From positions 49,414,001 to 49,478,000 of the forward strand of contig NC_135817.1 in assembly GCF_964213995.1 (NCBI RefSeq): DNA of 64,000 bases, read 5' to 3'. Positions 38,565 to 51,642 of the stretch are shown one piece after another. The position numbers were made by a program, and so were the translations under genes. This DNA comes from Mustelus asterias (taxonomy: Eukaryota). The notes under the pieces are model-generated. The model was not told where the DNA came from, did no database searches, and was given only the letters and a program-made list of their open reading frames with translations. Positions within the stretch are counted from its first letter, which is position 1; each line of letters begins with the position of its first letter.

Positions 38565-39495
38565 AGTGCAGCTGAGGAACTGAGTGCATATCTGAGAGTT
38601 TAGTGAGTGGGGGAGTTAGGTATTTTTTTCTCTACTTTTCTTACCCTGTAAGAATTGGTACTTACTCCACTACTGGGAAAGGAGCTAGCTATTTCGTGAG
38701 TATCTGGTAAGTAGTTACGGTCTGTTCCAGTCCTAAGGTTTAAAATAGTATACAAACTGGTGGTAAAGTTAATAAGGTAACACAAGTGAATAATATAATT
38801 AAATAATTCATTAAAACACATTAAGGATGGCAGGACAAGTGATGTGTCAAGGCTGCAGCATGTGGGATATTCCTGGATAATGGTGTGATCCAGACAAACA
38901 CGTCTGCAGTAAGTGTTTGCCGCTCAAGAAGCTTTGGCTCAGAGTCATTGAACTGGAGAATGAGTTGAAGACACTATGACATATCAGGGATAGGGAAAGT
39001 TACCTGAATGCTTTGAAACAGGAAGTAATTAGGACAGAATAGGGTCTTTTGATTTGGTCAATGGCCAGGGACAGGAGGGTGTGATTGTGAGAGAAGCAAG
39101 TAAGGGGACACAGAGGACAGCAGTGTCAGCATCTGCAATTGTCAATGATTTGAGGTTTTCTCAGCTTGTTTGGATGAGAATGGAGCTGCAAGGTGGATGA
39201 GCTGACCAACCATGGCACTGTGGTATGGGAATCTATTCAGATGGGGGGAGCAAAACGGAACGTTGTGGTAGTAGGGAGCAGTATACTGAGGAAGATTGAC
39301 ACAGTTCACTGCAGCAAAGAGTAAGAGTCCAGAAAGCTATGTTGTCTGCCTGGTGCCAGGGTTCGGGACATCTGCTCAGGACTTGAGCGTGGAAGAAAGA
39401 AGTCCCTGTTATCATGGTCAATGTAGGTACCAACAACATGGGTAGAACTAGGAAAGAGGTTCTGCATAGAAAGCATGAAGCATTAGGTATTGAAT
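38565..39495 (+). mobile_element. CR1 5'UTR plus degenerate ORF1 (zinc finger/leucine zipper and SGNH esterase)
   Basis: From ATG 38827: MAGQVMCQGCSMW..*..HVCSKCL...LRVIELENEL. Later: CCLPGARVRDI...VGTNNMGR. Confidence 0.8.
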
Positions 39496-39639
39496 TTGTG
39501 GCAGGTGGCCAATGGCAATAACAGCAATAATAACAGTAATATTAAAAGTGAGGGCAACAGTAACAATGAGAGTCAAGCATGCTGGGAACTTTGGTCAAGT
39601 TATAATTAAACACAGATACAACTTAGAAAGTTGCAGAAA

Positions 39640-41126
39640 GTCATGACCTGTCCTGAGCTGTGACCTGACACTTCTTGTGTGGACCAAATAAGAATGGTAG
39701 TTTGGGCTATGCTAGACACAACAGTGCCATTGTTATCTTATATGGTGAGGCTATATAATTTACATGCAACTTGGTATAAACGTTTGGGAGTTGTTTACAA
39801 GTAACTCCATTGGCTATAATCAAACATTGTGATCAGTTTCTGGTGACATCATCGGCTGAGTGCCAGAGAACCTTCTGGAAGAATGTGAGAAGTTTAGGTT
39901 AAAGAGATGTGTTTGAGTCTTTGTCTCCAGCAACAACTTTAGACCCGCCATCGCAAGTGTGCCCTGAAGGAACATCTTCAGAGAAGACAAAGAACCATGA
40001 GGGAAGACCTACGTTGGGAATGGACATGGCTAGTTGCTCAAACTGAGGTAGTATTAGTTTTCAGTTAAAAGTTTAGTGTTAAAGTCAGAGGGTTAAAGTG
40101 AAATGAATTAAAGTGTTGCAACTGTTGTGAATTTATGAGTTTGGTACCTAAAGTGTTGGATAAAGTGAACGTTTCATTTAAGTGAGTGAACAGCATTGTG
40201 CTGCTGGACCTATAGACCCTCCTGTGCCACCATCTCAGATCAGTACTGCACTTGGGGTCGGGAAGTACAGGGATCTCCTTCTCCAGTCCCCCCAAATGTC
40301 ACACACCAGTGTCTATCTGGACAGGACTGTGCTGCAGGCCTTATGCAGCCATCGCAACGAAGTTCAAATTATCGACTGGGATGGTGGCCTAATGAAGACA
40401 ACGGGGGCAATATGGGCTGTTCGGGGAAGGGGGGTGGGTGGTTAATGGGTCATGATGAGAGGCGGAGGGGCAAGAAGCTGAATGGAGAAGATAAACAATG
40501 TAAGGTAGAGGGAAGACCAAGGGGAGAGAAGCTCTACCCTAACAGGACTGCATGTAAAGCTCACAAACAAAGGGGGGGTGGGGTCAAAGGGATACCACAT
40601 TGTTTACTACAACAGAATGGATTAAGACTCAAGTTGCGGTAGGTAAAAGTCCAAGTGGGGCCTGGGCACCTCACAGATTATGGGCTTGGTGGGGGTGGTG
40701 GTGATTAAATCAAGGAACAGACTTCTTGAGGCTGCTAACCATTTTCCTCTGGGTTGCTGACATTCTGGAGAGAGTGATATGAGTGTGTTGTACTGGTGTT
40801 TAAATATGATGCTGGGACCTTTCAAACCTGTCAGCTGAGGGGAGGTTGCCTGTGCATAATTAATGAGGTTCTAAGTGCAGCATTTGGCGCAGGATCCTGC
40901 AATTCCGGCCAGAGGCAAATGAACCACCTGCCACTGATCTCAAAATGGGAGAATTCCGCCCGGTTTTTCTGTTAATACATATTTACCTCATGCAAATTCT
41001 GAATGTTGGAATATTAGATTGATATGGTAGACTGTTTTACTTTTCTGACTTTGTAAAGTTTATTTTGCTTGTTTCTGCAAGTGTGGGATCTTGTGGCTTT
41101 ATTTGGTCTCTAACCAGATCATAACA
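39640..41126 (+). mobile_element. Probable LTR-like sequence interrupted by a Harbinger-derived insertion (~40180-40961)
   Basis: Ends ...gatcataaca. The inner segment ends in the TIR-like aaaatgggagaattccgccc. Boundaries are approximate. Confidence 0.45.
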
Positions 41127-41254
41127 AGGGAAATAAACCTGCAGCCTCCTGGTTTTGGGGGAATGGGAGTAACTGCATTGTTCTATACAGACTCTGGCAT
41201 GGACTCAATGGGTCAAATGGCCTCCTTTTGTGTTATGATTTTATGACCCTAAGG

Positions 41255-42030
41255 AGGGGAAAAATAGAGTACAAGAAAAAGCTAGCTAGAAATATGAAGA
41301 CAGATAGTAAGAGTTTCTATAGATAAAAACAAAGAGTTAACAAAGTGAGTGTTGCTCCTATAGAAAGTGAGTCTGGAAAGTTGATAATGAAAAATAAGGA
41401 GATAGCAGATTAATTGAATGGGTATCTTGCATTGGTCTTCATTACAGAGGATATAACTAATATCCTAGAAATGGCTGTAAATCAGGAATTGGACAGAGGG
41501 AGGAACTCCAGAAAATTAGAATCACCTGGGAAATAGTACTTGTCCCACAGTTCCAACAATTTTCTAAGTCCCTCGGACTTGATGAATTTCACCCTAGGGT
41601 CTTAAAAGAAGTGGCTAGTGAAATAGTTGATGCTTTGGTTTTAATTTTTTTAAATTCACTGGATTCAAGGAAGGATCAATTAGATTGGAAAATAGCTAAC
41701 GTAACTCCTTTATTGAAAAAGGGAGGCAGACAGAAGGCAGTAAACTATAGGCCAGTTAGCTTCACATCTGTCACAGGGAAAATGTTAGAAGCTATTATTA
41801 TAGATGTCATAACATCTTCGATAAATTCACAGTAATCAGACAGACAACATGGTTTTGTGAAAGGGAAATCATGTTTCACTAATTTATTGGAGTTCTCTGA
41901 AGATGTGGATAAAGGTGGATGTACTGTACTTAGATTTCCAGAGAGCATTTGATAAGGTGCCTCATCAAAGATTGTGAAAAATAAAAGCTCATGGTATAGG
42001 AGTAACATATTAACATGGATCGAAGATATG
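41255..42030 (+). mobile_element. Degenerate CR1 ORF2 (RT) fragment
   Basis: Encodes DWKIANVTPLLKKGGRQKAVNYRPVSFTSV and QHGFVKGKSCFTNLLEF. Confidence 0.88.
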
Positions 42031-43037
42031 ATGGGTAAATAACATGTATATTTGTAAGCAGACCAAAGGAAAGATCGGAAATTTTAAACATTTAATTAAA
42101 AATATGGATCATAAATACTAAATAATATAATACTAGCTAAGAATTAGTTTACGTTACTTAGTGATACTGTAGTTAATATGAAGCACTGTGTTTAAAAGTC
42201 ACCTATATAGCATGAATAACTAAATCCATGGAACAAATCTGGCACTATTTATTCATACGTCAGGGCAACTGTACATATGAATGCATTCCATGAATGGACA
42301 AATGGAAAAATGCAGTATCTGTTCTTGAAGCCAAGTACAAAAACTAGAGGTGCCAGAGCAAATTGCCTTGGATCTGTACTTCAGGTAGAAGAAGTAACTT
42401 CTACAGTGGAACTGGAACAATTTTTAAAGTAATCATTGCTGGTGACACTACTGAAATTAAAGTGTAAACCTTGCAGAACAATGCTGCCTGTGTTTAAAAT
42501 GCATAGATAAGAGCCAAAACTCCTGACAGAAAAGAGGAAGAGTTACCTGAAAACAGTTAATATAAAAATAAAAAACAGGAAAAGAACTTTTTTTCCCCGT
42601 GACCAGCACTCCAGCAATCTCATCTGAGGGAACACTTTGATACCAATACTAAATTAGAGACAGTTTGTGCTATATACCCAGGAACTGAGTTAATATTACC
42701 TGACTTTGAGTAGGACTTTAAAAGCCAGCAGTTTCAGAAGATTTTCATTCCATCAATTTGGGTTCAATTCAAAGTGAAATGACAAAGTTAAAAGGACAGA
42801 GCTTTGATCCACTGTACGACCCAAAAGCCACAAGCTTAGAACATTTGCAAAGTTCTACTGAGCAATGTTTTTTAAAAATCCACATGATTATTGACCATAT
42901 TAAAACATCTCACTTTTTATTCAATTTATCTCTTCTGAAGTTTTTGTTTTGCAGCTCCTTCTAAATGTGCCTGTGCAGTTGGGGTGGGGGATAAAGACAA
43001 TTGTAGTGGTGCATGTACAGAAGACTACACTACTCAC

Positions 43038-43194
43038 CAGCCAGTTACACCACCCATCATTAACTGAGTAGCTACTGAATATTTCTCTGCAACTGGTCCA
43101 GAATTCTGTCCAAAAATACGACCCCACCATTCGTGTCGCCCTGAATATTCCAACAGATCTACGACCTCGTAGGATTCATCATCACTGTTTTGAC
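43038..43194 (-). CDS. FUNDC1: FUNDC1 coding exon 2 (157 nt) containing the LIR motif
   Basis: tag|GTCAAAAC...GGCTG|gtgagt encodes (G)[51 protein letters not shown](W). Confidence 0.96.
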
Positions 43195-46100
43195 CTAAGG
43201 AAAGTGAACAGTACAAACAATGGTTTATTGGTTTATTTTCCTAATGCACAACAGACAAGCTCTGGTGAGAAATAAGAGGTATGATAAAGAGGAGCTAAAG
43301 ATAGAAATATGGTATTGGTTTCAGTTCGGCCAATTTTTTCGATCTACAATGCTCGTACTGTAATTAAGAGAGAATAAAGGTAACACTAAGTTATTCTGGC
43401 TAATGTCAGGTAAGCACAATCTTGATTATTATGCTATCATACTTTTCCAATCCACTAGTGAGATCAACGAGCTGTTTCTTTTACTCAAAAGCCATGTCCT
43501 GGGGTTCTTGGATGGTTTATTGAGTGCTTTGATTCCTATTTATATCAACTGGTCTGATCAAGGGCAAGAATAGGAGTGCTACAGTTAGTCATAATGTCTT
43601 TGATCAGGGAAGGGAACATTTTCAGGGTTTCTGCTTCTAACATTACTCATATCTACAGTTTAATAATATGCACTGGGAAATGGATCAATAACAAAGTCAG
43701 ATTTGCTCATTTCGCTTAAAGCTGTGAGACTATCCTCAAACAAGGATTTTACATCTCTAAGCAAGAAAATATATTAAAAACGGGATTGGTGAAAAGGGGA
43801 CTAAGCTCAGTTGCTATGTTTCCCATAATCAAATAACCTGCCAATCCCACCTGCCTGGGGATTGTGATTGGTGCAGACTCAATGGGCCGAATGGCCTCCT
43901 TCTGCACTGTAGGGATTCTATGATTCACCAGCACGGGACTAACTTATAAATAATAGCCATGTAAACAACTTGGCAGGGGGCACCCAACATTCACACAAAT
44001 GCATCATAGAGTCAATTCCATTTGAAAGAGTGGGGTAAGACTTGAAGAGAACATGTTAAAGTGTTATGTCCCTCAAGTTTTCTTAATTTAATAAGTTAGA
44101 CAAGAAAATTAAATCTTATTTTAGTATGGAAATCATAGTGGTGTCATAGTTTACAATACATTAATATGCAAAGATAAATAGAGCAAACAAATTAATAGTT
44201 TTAATATTAATATTTTCCCACTCCCAAAATGACATACTACACAGTAGGATCAGAAAGTATTTCGCTTCCCATTTGTTGCGCAAAGATAAAGGTCAGTCCT
44301 GAAATCTAAAAGGAACAAGATTTCTAAATATTTCTAAGGAGAAGGCAAGGCACTGAGCAAACCACTTTCCTTTGAGTTTCAGCTGAACACAATGGTTGCC
44401 CTTCAAAAATCATGCTAAGGTTCTGTGTTCCAGCTCCACTAGGTATTTTACTTTGTTGCACTACTCAGCAAGTGCAGTGTTAGAGGCGTCATCTTTCAAA
44501 TGAGACATTAAACCAAGACTGTCTTCACATTCCGGTGAATATAATCCAACAGAACATTCCCCATGCTTCCTATACTCAAATACAAATACTGTAGCAACCA
44601 GTGCTCCAATGCCCCACGTTTGCTCAATTATGGTGGAATTTTTTTTTAAAATCAGGGTTTTTGCACTTTAATAACTTACATTTACATTGCACCATAATAA
44701 AAGATCCCAGTGTACTTCACAGAAGCATTATCAAACAAAAGTTGATATAAGCTACGTAAGGGACTGTTAGACTAAAAGAGGTAAGTTTTATGGGAGGAAA
44801 GAGAGGAGGAAAGGTATAGGGCGGGAATTCCAGAGTTTAGGACCTTGGCAGTTGAAGATATGACTGGCAACTATGACACAATTAAAAGCAGGACTAGTTA
44901 AGAGGCCAGAATTGGAGGAGCACAGTTATGAGGACTTTAGGGCTGGAGTTGATAACAAAAAGAGAGAGAGGGGAGACCATGGGTAATTTGAAAACATTGT
45001 TGGGAATTTTAAAATGAAGGTGGTGTTTAACTGGGAGTTAATGTGGATCAGCAGGTACAGGGGTAATGGATGAATGGAACTTGGTGCAATTAGGATAGTT
45101 AGTTTTCTATACTTTCTGCCAAAATGGATAACCTCACACTTATCCACATTAAACTCCATCTGCAAAATAGGCCAAGATTAAGGTACAAAAACCCCTCGAC
45201 GGTGAACCTCAGGAAATATGGCATATCCATCACAGACTGAGATAAAAATGCACAAAAGAGGAACTACCCAGGGAGCAATCTCAAGTAGTATTGTTGTTTC
45301 TTTCGAAAAGCAAAGAATACAGGCAGCTAAGGACAAAAGGCAAGCTAAAAAAAACAAGTAATATCAACAAAATCAGACAATTCATCCTTGCCCACACTGG
45401 AAAGCCATGTAGGTCTAAAATCAGGCTCCACGGCAGATGACTGTATGCATGTAAGAAACAGCCCTCTTTGATCACAAAGGGAAACGAATGATGACACACT
45501 TTTCCTTGTTATGTAGCTTTTCTGAATAGTACAGAAACATATCTTTTTGTCAATATGTATGACATGTATGATTGGAATTGAGTTTAATTGGAAGAATCCC
45601 TTGGGTAAATGATGGGAGCAGACGATTGTGCCCAATGTTAATTGTATACCCACAGAGACCTGCAATACATTGCAGTCAAATTAGTAGCTTTATTGCAACT
45701 GTACTTCTTAAAATACAGAATTTCTAGCTATTTTTTCACCACAGATATAACAGAATAAAAATTTATCACTCTGGAAAAAGCTACATAAAGCTGTCCATCT
45801 GTAAAATTGTATGAGGTAGTGGATATTAACTAAAGATTCACAAGTCTCTATCGAAAGGAATAGACTAAAACTGTGGTTGTTTGCTAAGAAGGTGCATGTT
45901 TGTAATATGTATCTCTAAATTACTGTGCTGTAAAGATTGGTTCCAATTCTACTGCTCACCACCTGGCTCTCTAGAGTAGAAGCCAGTGTTCATGTTGGGT
46001 TTGGAAATACTAAATCTGTATTTTAACACATTTTAATGAGCAATCATTGAATTATTGTGTCTGAGTTCTGAGCTGTTAAGTATTGACACCATAGCTGTCA

Positions 46101-46379
46101 ACAGTGAGCCTGGTGCATGAAGCAAGACTGAATGGGAAGTGAGTACACCAACATTTGTAAGCAGTCGTTCTACATTTAAAAAAAACAAGAGGATATCCAA
46201 AACTCTGCTAATTCTGATGTACGTTTGATACCTTTTTTCCTCCAAAGTGTCTTGGGTAAATGGACAAACACTGAGCTTGTTCTGGCAATTCTATCTGCTA
46301 CCTTGCTATCAATGCAGACATTTCTAAAGATAGAAATTTCGAGATAGGTACATAACAAACAATGCAAAATTTGGAAAAT

Positions 46380-47010
46380 TAAAGAACACATTATAAAGAT
46401 CACATTTAAGATAGACAGGCTTGTTAATGAACAAAATATGTACTTTTTAATCAAAACAGGGCAAAGAATTTAAAATATCAACACATTTATCTTTTTATAA
46501 TATTAATTTGGCCTCAACTAGGATGTTGCATCCAATTCTAGGGACTGAAATTTTATGAAGGATGTGAAGGTATTAAAGAGGGTGCAGAAAAGATTTATGA
46601 CAATGGCTCCAGGAATGAGGGACTTCCGTTACCCGGATACACTGGAGATCTGAGGCTGTTCTCTTAGAGAAGGCTGAGAAGAGATTTGACAGAGGTGTTC
46701 AAAATAATAGAGAAACTTTTCCCATTTGGCAGATGAGCTGAGAACCAAAGGATATCAATTTAAGGTGAATGGCAAAAGAAATTAAAAGGTTATGAATAAA
46801 AATATTTTATGCAGTGAGTGTTTAGGATCTGGAATGTACTGCCTGAGCGTATGGAGGAGATGAATTCCATGATGGCTTTCAAAAGGGAACTGGATGATTA
46901 TCTCTGTGGGGAAAAGATCAGGATGTGGGATTAGCTGAGTTACTCATGCAAAGAGCCAGCACAGACACAATGGGCCAAATGGTCTCCTCCTGTGCTGTAA
47001 TCATTATATA
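46380..47010 (+). mobile_element. Old CR1 3' fragment
   Basis: ggcctcaactaggatgttgcatccaattct...gagggtgcagaaaagattt...aggatctggaatgtactgcctg...tgggccaaatggtctcctcctgtgctgtaa. Confidence 0.8.
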
Positions 47011-49344
47011 TTAATAGAAATAAAGGAGGGAGGGATTAGAAATAAAATAGCAATCTGAACCAGAGGAGGTTAGAATGGGGAAAGATTTTAAAAACAAAAG
47101 ACATTGCCTCTGCCTAGGTTCTTGCAGCCACAGTGTTGATAAGGTTGGTCTCTAGTAGCTCGTTCAAGATATTGAGGGTAGGAATCTTTGAAGATCAGGG
47201 GAAATGGTTGGACCTTTTCATGCTGCTGCTGGTTATTGCTTGATTCTTCTGTAGCTCAGATATTATGTATATTTGTTACTCCATGCCTGGATGCTGTCCA
47301 GGCACTGCTGTAAGTGGGCTGCTCTATTATTGGGAGAGTTGTGAATGGAGCTATAAATGATTCAGCGGATTTGTGTAGAGGAAGAAGAAAAAGTGAAGAA
47401 CACAAGGAAGTTAGGATTATATGTCAACACTGGTGAGGTTCAGATCCTGTTCCTGATACCTAGAACTCATTCCAAAATCTAATCAAGGAGCAATGTTAGG
47501 TGGATTGGCTATGCTATATTGCCCCTTTGTGTCCAAAGATGTGTAGGTTAGGTGGGGTAGCCATGGTAAATGCGTGGGATTACAGGGATAGGGCAGAGGG
47601 GGTGGGCCACGGTAAGATGCTCTTTCGGAGAATTGGTGCAGACTTGATGGGCTCAATGGCCTCCTTCTGCATGGTGGGGACGTTATGGTTCAATAACCCA
47701 AAACAAAAGGGGGTAAAAACTTGAATTCTTTGAATTGATGCTAATTCTGAGATCCTGAGTTAGAAATTGAAGTTAACATGGTAATCATCATGAATCGTAG
47801 TTTCATCGTACAGCCATTTAGCCCATCAAGTCCATGCTGGTGCTCTGTAGATGCATCCAGTTGACTCTATCCCCATAGCCATTTCCTTAAAGTGTCTCTC
47901 CAATTTCTTTTTGCAATCATTAATTGTCTCCTCTCCACCGCACTCATAGGCACTGAATTCCAGGTCATTACCACTTGCTGAGATTCACAAGACAAAAGAA
48001 GAGGTTTGAAAATGTGGCGAACAGCTGGATTAAAACACCTTTGCTAGCTATAATAATCTGGAAGTTTGAGTGATTAAGATCACACAAGCATAGGATTACT
48101 AAATTCTTGAAGAAGTGCATAAAACATAGTCATATCATGTGTGCTTTGCCCGTAGGCAGGTCCTTTGCTCATTGTCTGGTGATGCTTCATCATCTGATGC
48201 TTCATCATGGGTTGTTTTCTTGGCAGCTTTTGTGAGTGGTAGTTTGCCATTGCCTTCCACTCTCAGGGGCAGAGTGAGAAGGCATGTTCCAAGTCTACTT
48301 CAGCCAGAACGGGAATCAGACCAGCAAAGTTGGCATTATTCTGAACCACACACTAGCTATCTAGTGAACTATAAGCTAACCCTGCAACGCCCCCCCCCCC
48401 CCATGTTTTAAATTAATGATTACAAAGAAAGTAGTTGTTATATACTTGACAGATTTACAAAGGATCCATTTTGCACAAAAAAAATTATTTATTAGTATCA
48501 CAAGTAGGCTTACATTATCACTGCAATGAAGCTACTGTGAAAATCTCCTAAAAAAGGATACACCACCCTGTGAGACCTAATTAGATGAAATAGTATTTTT
48601 AAAATTCTTTCATGAGACATGGGTGAGACTGTGAAGGCGAGTATTTATTGCCCATCCTTAAATGTCCCTGAGCAGATAGTGGTGAGCCATCTTCTTGAAC
48701 TGCTGCTTTTTACATTGTTGTGGTGAACAAATACAACAAAAACAAACATCCTCCACAGCCTCTTTTATCTTTCCATGGTTTTGTATATCTGTTCCCAACA
48801 CAAAAGTACTGAAGATAGTACAGATGGTCCACTATCATTGGCTGAAAGGATGGATTATGATCCATGAGCCGATCTTTCCAGGGCTGAACCAATTTTGTAA
48901 CCAATTCCATTCTCCAACATGGCCATTGTTTCTGATTGAATCAGATAGTTAACAACTTCATCCTATTCAACCCCAAGGTTTCAATCCCATATGCTCTCAA
49001 TCACAAAGGTCATCTAATGCCACCCCAAACATCACTTAGATCTGCCTCTGAGCTGAAATTTCCATCTATGTCACTGTCACATTCAGACTTGATTACTTGA
49101 ATGCTCCCCTGGTTGTCCTCCTAACTTCTACCCTCCAGCTCAACTCTGCTTCCCTTATCTCATTTACTCTTGTCCTTCATGATCTACATTAGCACCTGGT
49201 TCCAATATAAACTTTTCAGCCTTGCGTTTAAATCCCATCATAACCTGGTCACTTCTGATCTCTATAACCTCTTCTAACCCACCCACTGCCATCACCACCA
49301 CACTCCCCATCAAACTTTCTTTGCACTGACGTTTTCCTTATGCA

Positions 49345-49812
49345 ATAAAAACCTTGCATTTCTACAGCATCTTTCATTACCACCAGATGTCCCAAAGCAG
49401 TTTACAGCCAATGAAGTACTCTTGAAATGTAGTCACTATTGTAATCTAGGACAGTGACAGCCTATTGTGCGCAGCAAACTCCTACAAACGGCTAACTCCC
49501 ACAAACATGATAATGATCAGATAATTTGATTGTGAGATGTTTATTGAAAGGTAAGTATTGGTCAGGGCACTAGGGATAACTCATCTGCTCCTCTCAAGAT
49601 TGTGTCATGGGATCTTTTATGCCCACTTCAGGAAGAAGAAGAGTTCTTGATTTAATGTCTCATCCAAAATATGGCACTTCTGACAGTGTAGTACTCCCTC
49701 CCCAATAATGCACTGGCATGCAGCCTAGATTGCAGTGTTCATGTCTTGGAATGGGACTTTAACCCACAACTTTCAGATTTCGAGGCATACTACTGTAACT
49801 AGTCATAGCTGA
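49345..49812 (-). mobile_element. Deu-domain SINE (SacSINE1/AmnSINE1-like)
   Basis: Reverse complement contains gggagtactacactgtcagaagtgcc...aaaagatcccatgacac...agtttgctgcgcac...cttcattggctgtaaactgctttgggacatc. Related pieces lie near 10370-10510, 44380-44560, 56650-56980 and 58030-58270. Confidence 0.75.
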
Positions 49813-49838
49813 CATACTACATTACTTTGCCCCACAAC

Positions 49839-50170
49839 TTTGATTTGATTTATTATTGTCACATGTATTTACAGTGAAAAGTACTGTTTCTTGCGTGCTA
49901 TATAGACAAAACATACCGTTCATAGAGAAGAAAACGAGACAGTGCAGAATGTAGTGTTACAGTCATAGCTAGGGTGTAGAGAAAGATCAACTTAATGCAA
50001 GGTAAGTCCATTCAAAAGTCTGACAGAAGAAATTGCATTAAAGCATTGTTAGAGAGTTTAAAAGAGTTAGAATGAAATTTTAGAAGCATAGAACAAGAAT
50101 AAAAGATAGAATTAGAAGGTATGCTGGGCACAGCTTGCAAGAAGTCGCCTCGCTCCGGTGCCATCTTGGA
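49839..50170 (-). mobile_element. Short bipartite element: LINE-like 5' leader joined to a Rex1-type 3'UTR
   Basis: Starts ccaagatggcaccggagcgaggcgac. From about 50025 it matches the 3'UTR of the Rex1 copies at 28700-29242 and 53960-54715. Confidence 0.6.
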
Positions 50171-50799
50171 ATTGGCAGCTATGCTTTCAACCACTTGGGC
50201 CCCACATTTTGAAATTTCTTCCGAACATGCCTTCAGGAATGTCCTTAAAACCCATCATCTTTAATTCATGCTTCTTTAGCTTAGTATCAATTTTTTGTCT
50301 GGTTATCTGTGTGAATTGTCTTGTGATGTTTCACAAGTTGTCGTTATATCCATGCAACAATCACCAATTTGGCTTAAATTTGTAACATAACTGCCTTAAA
50401 ATACACTTTTATATGTTTAAATGTTTGCAAACGGTATAATTTCTTTTCATCTTTAAAATTGCTATGTCATTTGTTTGTACCAAAAAACGCAAATGACCTA
50501 CAAAGCTTTTTTAATGCTTATGAATCAAGATGGAGAGCTATAGCCCATAATGCAACACAAAAAGGAAAACTAAGACGTTATTAGGTAGCAGTGAATATGT
50601 TTGGACTTCAAAGACAGTAAGGTTTTAGGAAGAAACAACAACCGAGTGAGTAAAGAGTTTAGCAGTTTTGAAGTCTTGGAAGAAACAAGTTTCGGGTACT
50701 GTGGAATAGGCTTCACTTCGACACCGAAAAAAAGGTCTAACAAGGAGAAAGTATTTGGCACGTGGAATGAAAATGCATTGATCATACAAACTGCTCAAT

Positions 50800-51045
50800 A
50801 AAGTTTATTTATTAATTACAAGTAAGGCTTACATTAACACTGTAATGAAGTTACTGTGAAATTCCCCTAGTCGCCACATTCCAGTGTCTGTTCGGGTCAA
50901 TGCACCTAACCAGCACTGTGGGAGAAAACTGGAGCACCCAGAGGAAACCCATGCAGACACGGGGAGAACGTGCAAACGCCACACAGATAGTGAACCAAGC
51001 CAGGAATTGCTGTGAGGTAGCAGTGCTAACTACCATTCCGCCCAC
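50800..51045 (-). mobile_element. V-SINE copy with alternative tail
   Basis: acaagtaaggcttacattaacactg...cccctagtcgccac...ggagcacccagaggaaaccc. Confidence 0.8.
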
Positions 51046-51626
51046 AATATGACATCCTTCCTTCAGTGAGCAAACCGCATTCAATCAACAACTTTCGGTG
51101 CAGATTGTCAGATTTAAAGTCCACTGGAGATTTTAATTTGATTTATTGTCACATGTTAGCATAGTGAAAAGTATTGTTATGCCCAATACAAACAAAGCAT
51201 ACCGTTCATAGAGAAAGAAACGATTTCATTGGAGGTGGGGACACCCACAAATGCAAAGATCATATTAAATAGCTGCCTGTTTTCTTCACGTCTATGACCT
51301 GTAATACATGTCAAACCCTGACTGATGTAATTTTGATACCACATCCAACAATGAGAATAACAAATGTAAGGGGCTGGGAGACGCGTTTGTCACGAACTCA
51401 ATGGAGTTAGAAAACATGAAATTGCATGTTCAATGCATTATAACTGAAAGAAAAACGCACATCCACTTAGAGCCAGGATCAGAGGGAAAGCAGACATATT
51501 CCTCGGACCATCCATCACCCAATGGATCCGCTCAGATGCACCTTCCCCACCCGGCCACTCCGCACAAGCCCCTTCACAAACACACTGAAGTAAGTGGAGG
51601 AGCTCGCCGCTTCTCGTCCAGCTTAC

Positions 51627-51642
51627 CTCCTCGCTCCGCCAT
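51627..51642 (-). CDS. FUNDC1: FUNDC1 coding exon 1 (16 nt, MAERG+G)
   Basis: agtATGGCGGAGCGAGGAG|gtaagc in a CpG-rich patch. The phase-1 donor matches exon 2, giving a total CDS of 456 nt (151 aa plus stop). Confidence 0.8.

Noticed and set aside
48181-48208. Short direct repeat gatgcttcatcat x2 (also the (caataa)-like run at 39510-39570) as a CRISPR-like array
   Set aside because: Simple slippage duplications in eukaryotic DNA, with no repeat-spacer structure.
50140-50165. ATGGCACCGGAGCGAGGC (MAPERG) as a duplicate FUNDC1 exon 1 (MAERG)
   Set aside because: No splice donor follows, and it forms the leader of the repeat at 49839-50170.
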